The notes below the pieces were generated by a model. The model had not been told where the DNA came from, did no database searches, and was given only the letters and a program-made list of their open reading frames with translations. A stretch of DNA of 64,000 nucleotides from Duncaniella sp. (GTDB lineage: Bacteria; Bacteroidota; Bacteroidia; Bacteroidales; Muribaculaceae). Within the stretch, counting starts at the first letter, position 1, and each line of letters opens with the position of its first letter. Of this stretch, positions 56,775 to 64,000 are shown in pieces. The position numbers and the translations under genes were made by a program. The stretch is from NCBI GenBank assembly GCA_029060405.1, contig JAIDUB010000070.1, forward strand, positions 15,372-79,371, read 5' to 3'.

Positions 56775-57996
56775 AGCGGGTTGAAACGGAAAGCAACAAT
56801 GATATGGATGTGCCGCGGGCTGTGGAGTAGCCGGCTATGCCGTATTCAGCCGAGGGCGCGATGTCAAACCTGTAGCGGGATGCCTGTAATCCGGCCGATG
56901 CCGATGCCGACAGGTGGCGCGACAGACGCCATATGCCCGAGGCGCGCAAGCGGGCGAGCGGGGTGGACTTGCCTGCCGACAGTGTACCGTCGGTGCCGTG
57001 GAGTGAGAAATTCATATGCCATCCTGCCGAGACCGAGGCTGCCATGCCGAACCGCTGCGACATGGGAAAGTACACATTGGCCGAGGCTGCGATACCGGCC
57101 GACGTCAACGGGCCTGAAATAAAGCGATTCTCGGGCGTCGCGAGGGCGAGGGGTAAGGATTCCACCTCGGCGGCGGCCGAGAGCGATACAGAGCGTCCTA
57201 CGGGGTGCTCGTAGCCTATGGCTGTGATGAGGGCGGGGCGGCGCTCGACATTTACACCGTGACCGCCGGTGACAGGACCTAAAGTCATGCGGAGGGTGTT
57301 GTCAAGAAACAGTGACGGGGTGAGCATGTCGGGGTATGTAAACTGAGACGCTTGGCGCTCCGTTGCCCGCCGGCCCATGATGAGATCGGCTAAATCATAT
57401 CCCGCGTGAGTGGCGAGAATCCCTATCGATGCTCCGGCGGCCACGTCGGTGGGATAGTGGTGGGCGTCGATTACACGCTCCATCGCGATTGCCGAAGCAA
57501 ATGCGTAGGCTCCCCACGTGTACCATGCCGAGTTCATACCCAGTTCGCGCTCTATCATGGCGGCTCCGGCAAATGCCCAAGCCGAATGTCCCGACGGAAA
57601 CGAGCGCGAATCAGTGCCGTTAGGCCGGGGCGAGTCGACTATATGTTTCAGTCCCCACACCAGAGCGGCATTTATCACGATGCCCGAGCCTTGCGCCACA
57701 CCCATGCGTGCCCACGATGAGCGGGTGGATACTCCCGCGGCTTTAAGAATCCACGGCAAGGCTACAGGGGCATATTGCAGCACTCCCGTGCCGCGTGAAG
57801 TGTGTTTGCCGGGGCGCGTGCTGATAAAGTCACCGTGGGGATACAGGCGACTGACCGAGTAGGCCGCGACTACACCGGCCGCCGGAACGGCGATGCCTGC
57901 CGTGGGAAACCTCGGCGTCGCAACGCTGTCGGGTGTTTCGGCGAGTGCCGTGGCCGACAGTGAAAGCAGTATGAGCAGCGAAAGCAGTCTATTCAT
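56764..57996 (-). CDS. PAP2 family phosphatase with C-terminal beta-rich (barrel-like) extension
   Basis: Signal peptide; K...RP, SFPSGHS, RV...HHY.TDV; amphipathic beta pattern ending ...TRYEF. Confidence 0.75.
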   Translation of the reverse strand: MNRLLSLLILLSLSATALAETPDSVATPRFPTAGIAVPAAGVVAAYSVSRLYPHGDFISTRPGKHTSRGTGVLQYAPVALPWILKAAGVSTRSSWARMGVAQGSGIVINAALVWGLKHIVDSPRPNGTDSRSFPSGHSAWAFAGAAMIERELGMNSAWYTWGAYAFASAIAMERVIDAHHYPTDVAAGASIGILATHAGYDLADLIMGRRATERQASQFTYPDMLTPSLFLDNTLRMTLGPVTGGHGVNVERRPALITAIGYEHPVGRSVSLSAAAEVESLPLALATPENRFISGPLTSAGIAASANVYFPMSQRFGMAASVSAGWHMNFSLHGTDGTLSAGKSTPLARLRASGIWRLSRHLSASASAGLQASRYRFDIAPSAEYGIAGYSTARGTSISLLLSVSTRYEF

Positions 57997-58910
57997 GTGC
58001 GCTGGTATTCCGAGGGTGACATGCCCGTAAGGTGCTTGAAATACTTGCCGAACGATGACTGGTTGGGAAAATTCAGCTCGTAGGCTACCTGCTGGATATT
58101 TTTTCCCGAAAACCGCAGCAGATTCTTGGCTTCGAGTATCACGAATTCATCGATAAGCTCGGCCGCCGACTTGCCGGTGGCCTTCTTGATGACGAGCGAC
58201 AGGTATTTGGGTGAGATGTAGAGCTTGGAGGCATAAAACGATACCGACCGCTGCGAGCGGTGGTGCTGATGGAGCAGGGATATGAAATCGTCGACATACG
58301 TGTTGCGGCGCGGACGTGTTTCTGCCGGAACCGTCTCGGTTTTATCGGCGTCGACTCTGTCGCGCGCCGACTGGATGAGCTGGTAACACAGCGCCGCTAT
58401 GATGCAGCGGGCTATTGAGCGCACGTAGATATCGTCGTGATTGTGGGTGGTGTTGTGGTGCAGCAGCTCGAAATAGTGGCGGAACAGAGCCGCATCCTCG
58501 GGCGAAATCTCTATGCAGGGAATGCGGTGGCCGTCTTTCGGGCGCGGAATCGTCGACAGGATATTGACATCGAGATTAATATCGCGCATGAACTCGCGCG
58601 AGATAAACAGAGTGTAGAAGTCGACCGGACCTGCCGCAACCTCCTTTATTTCAATGATCGATTCGGGATTGGTGAGCAGCAGCATGTTTTTATGGACGGT
58701 GAAGCTTTCGAGATTGACATTTAGAGAAATGTTTCCCTCATAGCACAGCATCCAGCTCAGACCGTCGATTTTTATAGGCCCGGAGGAAAAAGGAGGAAAT
58801 TCGGCCGACGAATGGAAATGGGAGAATATATAATCATCGGCAAGATGCGAGAACTCCTTGGAGTACCGCGATATGTCGACGAGTTGCGAGAGGTTGACTA
58901 TATTATTCAT
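57993..58910 (-). CDS. AraC family transcriptional regulator
   Basis: RSVSFYA.KL.ISPKYLS..IK..TG, IQQVAYELNFPNQSSFGKYFKHLTGMSP. Confidence 0.93.
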   Translation of the reverse strand: MNNIVNLSQLVDISRYSKEFSHLADDYIFSHFHSSAEFPPFSSGPIKIDGLSWMLCYEGNISLNVNLESFTVHKNMLLLTNPESIIEIKEVAAGPVDFYTLFISREFMRDINLDVNILSTIPRPKDGHRIPCIEISPEDAALFRHYFELLHHNTTHNHDDIYVRSIARCIIAALCYQLIQSARDRVDADKTETVPAETRPRRNTYVDDFISLLHQHHRSQRSVSFYASKLYISPKYLSLVIKKATGKSAAELIDEFVILEAKNLLRFSGKNIQQVAYELNFPNQSSFGKYFKHLTGMSPSEYQRT

Positions 58911-59024
58911 AATTGTCTACAAATATAGTGAAATCTCCCAATAATCTATGCTTATCCGTCCAAAAAATTCCCAAAAAGGAGAATCGCACCTCGGCTACTC
59001 ATAAACCGCCCTCTGTCAAGAAAA

Positions 59025-59058
59025 TTATTTCAGGCGGGTGTAGGAGTAGCCGAAGCGG
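59025..59058. repeat. direct repeat copy 1 (duplicate of the CoA-transferase 3' end)
   Basis: TTATTTCAGGCGGGTGTAGGAGTAGCCGAAGCGG; last 30 bp identical to 59899-59928; 33 of 34 identical to 59895-59928. Confidence 0.95.
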
Positions 59059-59116
59059 GAGTGAGCAGATTTTTATTACGGATATTTCCGGATGAAAAAT
59101 ATTGAGTTTTACTTTG

Positions 59117-59152
59117 TATGCATGCATAATAGGAAAACTTTTCTTATTTTTG
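59117..59152 (+). promoter_or_regulatory. TA promoter region with palindrome
   Basis: Palindrome TATGCATGCATA (59117-59128) and -7 element TATTTTTG (59145-59152). Confidence 0.5.
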
Positions 59153-59234
59153 CATGCGAGGTGAGGCGCGGACATGTATTTCTTATATCGGATGTCTCCC
59201 TGAAAAGCATATAGTTACTTTAATCTCCATATCT

Positions 59235-59462
59235 ATGACTCAAATTGTAGTGACTTTAGAAAATAATGCTGATGAAGTTTTTCTTCGGCGCATGATAGAA
59301 AATATGAAAGGAGTGCTGAAAACCTCTTTAACACATAATATCGAAGACAAAGGGGAAGAACGATCGCAACGGCTTGATTCTCTCCATAAGATTAAAGAAT
59401 CTATTGATCCGAGCGTTATCGATAGCTCTGATCCGCGAACCGATTACATAATGTCGAAATGA
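59235..59462 (+). CDS. putative antitoxin
   Basis: 75 aa from MTQIV at 59235; ATGA overlap with the PIN gene. Confidence 0.7.
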   Translation: MTQIVVTLENNADEVFLRRMIENMKGVLKTSLTHNIEDKGEERSQRLDSLHKIKESIDPSVIDSSDPRTDYIMSK

Positions 59463-59869
59463 AACGAGTGTTTCTTGATACGAATTTTATTATCGATTAT
59501 TTCGTAAGAGAAGATTTTGCAGGAGATGCCGAGAAGGTTATGATGTTGGGAGATACCATGAATATGGAGTTTTATATATCATATCTTACCGTTGCAAACT
59601 TCGCATATATCATGCGTAAATCTCCTGCTGATAAGTTAAAGACTTTGATAAGCAGAATATGCGAAGTTTTTACGGTTGTGAGTAATACGGAAAGTCAGAT
59701 ATTGCTTAACCTGCAGGAACAAGTATCGGATTTTGAAGATGGTCTCCAGTATCAGGCTGCTGTGTATGCCGGCTGTGATTGCATGATTACACGCAATAAA
59801 AAAGACTTTCAATTTGCCAAGATTCCAGTTTTTTCTCCGGCCGAATTCCTGACGTACTTTAAAAGATGA
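59459..59869 (+). CDS. PIN-domain (VapC-like) toxin
   Basis: VFLDTNFIIDY, DFEDGLQY..A....D..ITRNKKDF. Confidence 0.9.
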   Translation: MKRVFLDTNFIIDYFVREDFAGDAEKVMMLGDTMNMEFYISYLTVANFAYIMRKSPADKLKTLISRICEVFTVVSNTESQILLNLQEQVSDFEDGLQYQAAVYAGCDCMITRNKKDFQFAKIPVFSPAEFLTYFKR

Positions 59870-59894
59870 AAGCCAATCAGACGACGTAGAGCGG

Positions 59895-59928
59895 TTACTT
59901 CAGGCGGGTGTAGGAGTAGCCGAAGCGG
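59895..59928. repeat. direct repeat copy 2 (3' end of the CoA-transferase gene)
   Basis: TTACTTCAGGCGGGTGTAGGAGTAGCCGAAGCGG. Confidence 0.95.
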
Positions 59929-61196
59929 TCGCGGGCGGCGCGGTCGAGTGCCTCGCGGTCGGCGGGATTGGCTATCGATATCATGAGGCGGGCGCGCTCG
60001 GGGAGTGATTTCCCAAGCAGATTCACGGCGCCGTGCTCGGTGACTACGTAGTTGGTCTGGAAGCGGGTGGTAACCACGCCCGCTCCGGGTGTGAGCACGG
60101 GCTTGATTTTCCCTATTCTTTTTCCGGTGGTCGAGGTCATGGCTATGACCGAGATGCCGCCTTCGCTGCGCGAGGCGCCATAGACGAAGTCGTGCTGGCC
60201 GCCCACACCCGAGAAGATGCGCGTGCCTATCGAGTCGGCGCATATCTGACCGGTAAGGTCGATCTCAAGACATGAGTTTATGGCAGTGACGCGGGGATTG
60301 GCAGCTATGATAAATGGGTCGTTGGTATAAGCTACGTCCTTGAATATCATATCCTTGTTGTAGTCCATCAGGTCATATAGCCTGCGCGAACCGAGCGCGA
60401 GGCAAGCTACCGACTTGCCGGGATATACCTTCTTCATCGAGTTGTCGATCACGCCGTTTTCTATCAGGGGCAATACGCCGTCGGTCATCGCCTCGGTGTG
60501 AAGTCCGAGATGCTTGTGGTCGCTCAGGGCGCGTATCACGGCATTGGGTATCGCTCCCACGCCTATCTGAAGCGTGGCACCGTCGGGTATAAGGGCTGCT
60601 ACGGCATTGCCTATGGCTGTCTCCACCGGGCCCGGCTCGGGGGTGGGTACTTCCACGAGCGGGTCATTCACCTCCACCGCCGCGGTGATTTTCGACATGT
60701 GTATCACGGGATCGCCGTAGCTGAAAGGCATGTGGGGATTGAGCTGGGCTATAACCACGCGGGCGCATTCGGTAGCCGATACTGCGAGGTCGGCGCTCAC
60801 GCCGTAGCTCACGTAGCCGTCAGGGTCGGGCATCGAGCAGTTGAGAAGCACCACGTCCACAGGCCATATGCCGCTGCGGAACAGCTGCGGCACCTCACCG
60901 AGGAAGCGGGGAGTGGTAGCTCCGTAGCCTTCGGCGATCCAGCGGCGCACGTTGCCCGACACGAAGCATGTGTCGACGAGGAATGAGTCCTTGTATTCAG
61001 GCCGGCAATATGGCGCCTCACGGTCAGATACCGAGAAGCCTGAATGAAGCACCACGCCGCGAAGCTCGTCGCCGCGGCGGGTCATGGCTTCTACGAGTGT
61101 TTCAGGTATGGATGTACTTCCCTGAATATATACGTGATCACCGCTCTTTATGAGCTTTACAGCCTCGTCGGCTGTCATGATATTGTTGAAGTTCAT
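59895..61196 (-). CDS. acetyl-CoA hydrolase/transferase family (family I CoA-transferase)
   Basis: GATLQIGVGAIPNA, LGLHTE, INSCLEIDLTGQICADSIG, SGVGGQHDF..GA, VVTEHG. Confidence 0.93.
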   Translation of the reverse strand: MNFNNIMTADEAVKLIKSGDHVYIQGSTSIPETLVEAMTRRGDELRGVVLHSGFSVSDREAPYCRPEYKDSFLVDTCFVSGNVRRWIAEGYGATTPRFLGEVPQLFRSGIWPVDVVLLNCSMPDPDGYVSYGVSADLAVSATECARVVIAQLNPHMPFSYGDPVIHMSKITAAVEVNDPLVEVPTPEPGPVETAIGNAVAALIPDGATLQIGVGAIPNAVIRALSDHKHLGLHTEAMTDGVLPLIENGVIDNSMKKVYPGKSVACLALGSRRLYDLMDYNKDMIFKDVAYTNDPFIIAANPRVTAINSCLEIDLTGQICADSIGTRIFSGVGGQHDFVYGASRSEGGISVIAMTSTTGKRIGKIKPVLTPGAGVVTTRFQTNYVVTEHGAVNLLGKSLPERARLMISIANPADREALDRAARDRFGYSYTRLK

Positions 61197-61206
61197 TGCG
61201 CTGTCG

Positions 61207-62520
61207 TTATGAGACCGGATGGTCGCGGTGGAACATTGAAAGACGCTCGCCGAGGCGGCTGAACGAATCGTCGTCGGAAAGCAGGCTCACGCACACTCTC
61301 ACTCCTTCCTGACGGCTTCCGGTGGAGGGGAGAGAGATGGTGGAGATACCGTAGCGGAGCAGGGCGGCCTGTAGGTCGGCACCCGTCATGCCTGGGTAGC
61401 CCATGGTGAAGAAAAATCCGTCGGAGATGGTGCGGTCGCCGTCGAGGGCATATACAAGATGAAAACCGTTGTCGGTGAAAAGGCGGCGGGCGATGGCTGA
61501 GCGACGGCCGTATTCGCGTGTCTCGGCCACAAAATCGAGCTTGCCTTCCACGGCGGCTCCCAGCATGGCGGCAAAAGCGTGCTGGGCGGAGTGGGAGGTA
61601 CCCGACGATGCGCAGTAAAGCACACCGAACACGTAGGCGTCGACAAACGATTTCATTTCGTAGAACTCCTGAAGATGCGGATATGCACGGTCAGCCACTC
61701 CGGGTGTCATGCACACCATCGCTATGCGCTGTCCGGCATAGCTGAAGATTTTCGATGCCGACACCAGCAGGATGCAGCGGTCAGTCCATTTCGCCACCGT
61801 GGGTACAAAGGGCGCCTTATAGGGCACGCCGTAGCGCGACCTGAAATCCATGCCCAGATAAGCATGATCCTCGATGATGATGACATCGTGTTTCTCGGCC
61901 ATGCGGGCGAGTATTTCGTATTCGGTGTCGGTGAGATTGGTCCACGCGGGATTGTTGGGGTTGTTGTAGAGGAGCGCCGTGATTTTGCCCGATGAAAGTA
62001 TTTCGTCGAGGCGTGCTTCGAGGGCCTCACCGCGGCAATCATACATGTCGAGCGAAATCTGATTCAGCCCGAGCAGTTTCGCCTGATTGTGCTGGGCGGG
62101 AAATCCCGGGTCGAGAAACAGTATCGTGTCGCGTCCGGGCAAGCGCTGACCCAGCAGCAGAAACAGCGTGAAGGTGGCCTGCATCGAGCCTACGGTGGGG
62201 ATGATGCAGCGCGGCGGGATGTCTATGTCGAGAAATGCTTTCAGGAAGCTGCTGCCGTTGTCTTTCAGCGCGGGCATGCCGGCGATGTTGGGGTAGGTGT
62301 TGGCTATTCCGTTGCGCAGGGCTTCGGTCTCGGCCTCTACGCCTACAGCCGAAGCGGGCAGTCCGGGGTTACCCATCTCGAGATGTACGAAAGGCTCGCC
62401 TATTATGCGCTCGAGGCGCGAGGCAAGAGCGGAAATCTGGCGTATGGTAGCCGAGCTTATGTTGGAGATTCCGGTTGCCTTCATTTCGTCGGCAAACAGG
62501 CTTGGTGATATTACGTTCAC
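61207..62520 (-). CDS. class I/II PLP-dependent aminotransferase
   Basis: ATIRQI, EMGNPGL, PTVGSMQ, NPNNPAW, IEDHAY, SASKIFSYAGQR; probable GTG start at 62520 (ORF is open to 62550). Confidence 0.88.
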   Translation of the reverse strand: MNVISPSLFADEMKATGISNISSATIRQISALASRLERIIGEPFVHLEMGNPGLPASAVGVEAETEALRNGIANTYPNIAGMPALKDNGSSFLKAFLDIDIPPRCIIPTVGSMQATFTLFLLLGQRLPGRDTILFLDPGFPAQHNQAKLLGLNQISLDMYDCRGEALEARLDEILSSGKITALLYNNPNNPAWTNLTDTEYEILARMAEKHDVIIIEDHAYLGMDFRSRYGVPYKAPFVPTVAKWTDRCILLVSASKIFSYAGQRIAMVCMTPGVADRAYPHLQEFYEMKSFVDAYVFGVLYCASSGTSHSAQHAFAAMLGAAVEGKLDFVAETREYGRRSAIARRLFTDNGFHLVYALDGDRTISDGFFFTMGYPGMTGADLQAALLRYGISTISLPSTGSRQEGVRVCVSLLSDDDSFSRLGERLSMFHRDHPVS

Positions 62521-62560
62521 GGTTGTAAAGTTCTTAAAGGTAATCAGCAAGATAGGTTCA

Positions 62561-63145
62561 TTATACCGCCGCTTCTCCGGCAGCTTTCAATCCGGCCCGG
62601 AATGCGGCGATATTGCTCTCCACCACATTCTCGCCCTTGGCGGCGAATACGGTGCGTATTCCATCCTCGATTTTTTCAGCCGGAATCTCGATAAAGCGGG
62701 AGGCTGCTCCGAGGAGCACCATATTTGAAGCGCGCGCCGTAGCTACTTTCGAGGCCACCGCATCCATGTCGATCGCTATGGTGTGAGGCCGCTGTTCAAG
62801 TGAGGCCACGAGGGCGGCTGTGTCGGGATAGCCTTTGGTGTTGATTACCGGAACGGTGTTGGTCACGATCCAGCCTCCGGGGGCGAGAAAACTCAGGTAG
62901 CGCAGAGCTTCCATGGGCTCGAGCGACACGATTATATCGGCTTTACCCTGCGGGATGAGGTCTGACGCCACAGGGCGGGAGCTGAGTCGGAGGCATGACA
63001 TCACGTCGCCGCCGCGCTGACTCATGCCGTGAACCTCGGCTTGCTTCAGGTAGAGTCCTTCGGCGAGGGCCGCCGCACCCAGTATCGTAGCTATTGAGAG
63101 TATTCCCTGACCGCCTACACCGGCGAGTATTATATCTGATTTCAT
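62561..63145 (-). CDS. iorB: indolepyruvate:ferredoxin oxidoreductase beta subunit
   Basis: AGVGGQGIL, AEVHGMSQRGG.V, LEPMEALR, NMVLLGA. Confidence 0.95.
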   Translation of the reverse strand: MKSDIILAGVGGQGILSIATILGAAALAEGLYLKQAEVHGMSQRGGDVMSCLRLSSRPVASDLIPQGKADIIVSLEPMEALRYLSFLAPGGWIVTNTVPVINTKGYPDTAALVASLEQRPHTIAIDMDAVASKVATARASNMVLLGAASRFIEIPAEKIEDGIRTVFAAKGENVVESNIAAFRAGLKAAGEAAV

Positions 63146-63167
63146 GGTTGTTGATTGTTGGGAGTTG

Positions 63168-64000
63168 TTATTTTGAGCGGGCGTGACGGCGTGCGGTCTG
63201 TATGCACTCTCGACGCGATATTATCACCGACAGCCCTTCATGTGAGAATTCTCGTGCAAACAGTTCTTTCATCTCCTCTATCTTGCGGGGATGTGCGTCG
63301 ATAGTGTGCAGGCGAGCCGGGTCGACACCTAAGCCGAGGCATATTTCCTCGAGTTTGCCGGTGCCCTGCGAATCCTGTCCGCCGGTCATGCCGGTGGTGA
63401 GATTGTCGGAGATAATCACGGTTATGGGCGAGTTTTCGTTAACGGCGTCGAGCAGTCCGGTCATGCCCGAATGGGTGAAAGTGGAGTCGCCTATTATCGC
63501 CACCGCGGGGCGCTGTCCCGCATCGGCCGCGCCTTTGGCCATGGTGATGGATGCTCCCATGTCCACGCAAGTGTCTATCGCATTGTAAGGCGCCAGCCAG
63601 CCTAATGTATAGCAGCCGATGTCGCCGAATACCTTGGCATTGTCGAAGTCGGCGAGAGCCATGTTGAGGGCGGCGTATACGTCGCGGTGTCCGCAACCCT
63701 GACACAGGGCCGGCGGACGAGGTACCACCATTTCTGATGGAGCCGCCACGTCGGCAAGCAGCCTTGATGCCATGTCGGGATGCAGCTTTGTCAGTCCGGA
63801 AGCCACGCTGTCGGGGGTGAGTTCGCCCGTAAGCGGCAGAATGCCGTCGAGCTTGCCGCGCACCCTCACTCCGCGGTCGAGCACCCCGCGCAGCGAGCGC
63901 TCTATCACGGGTTGACCCTCCTCCACTACAAGGATTTCGTCGCAGCTGTCGGCAAGCTGCTCCACGAGGGCTTTGGGCAGAGGATATTGTGAAATCTTAA
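63168..64000 (-). CDS. iorA: indolepyruvate:ferredoxin oxidoreductase alpha subunit (5' part lies outside the window)
   Basis: VVEEGQP, RPPALCQGCGHRD, GDIGCYTLG, MGASI, IGDSTFTHSG, DNLTTGMTGGQ; frame stays open to the window end. Confidence 0.93.
   Translation of the reverse strand, partial: KISQYPLPKALVEQLADSCDEILVVEEGQPVIERSLRGVLDRGVRVRGKLDGILPLTGELTPDSVASGLTKLHPDMASRLLADVAAPSEMVVPRPPALCQGCGHRDVYAALNMALADFDNAKVFGDIGCYTLGWLAPYNAIDTCVDMGASITMAKGAADAGQRPAVAIIGDSTFTHSGMTGLLDAVNENSPITVIISDNLTTGMTGGQDSQGTGKLEEICLGLGVDPARLHTIDAHPRKIEEMKELFAREFSHEGLSVIISRRECIQTARRHARSK

Noticed and set aside
2057-63992. Many long antisense or alternative-frame ORFs (for example 2057-3055, 6865-7731, 13600-14610, 41816-43069, 42918-44186)
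   Set aside because: They are shadows of well-supported genes with biased GC-rich codon use and show no recognisable motifs.

Overview
Chromosomal window from a Bacteroidales bacterium. Muribaculaceae-like is my inference, from GC of roughly 55% by eye, TAnnTTTG -7 promoter motifs and gene content. Most of it is housekeeping: meaB, tkt, xerC-hpf, comM, relA/spoT, ybeY-mnmG-apt-uvrC with a parS site, a dcw cluster from rsmH to ftsZ with no mraZ in front, and iorAB. Several small accessory modules are interspersed. (1) An AT-rich DUF3791-DUF3990-DUF3791 triad. (2) A four-gene, host-GC, apparently phage-derived head module with a shortened P22-like portal and no integrase, terminase or capsid in the window. 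(3) An internally deleted RAYT-like transposase remnant bounded by 13-bp inverted repeats. (4) A C10 protease-fimbrillin pair. (5) A marR-dsbA-MBL operon with a perfect 19-bp-arm palindrome. (6) A serpin / ECF sigma / envelope-spanning anti-sigma operon. (7) A PIN toxin-antitoxin pair flanked by a 30-bp duplication of a neighbouring gene's 3' end. (8) A putative aromatic amino acid fermentation operon (iorA-iorB-aminotransferase-CoA transferase). No rRNA, tRNA or CRISPR array was seen. Family assignments come from motif recognition only; no database search was run.
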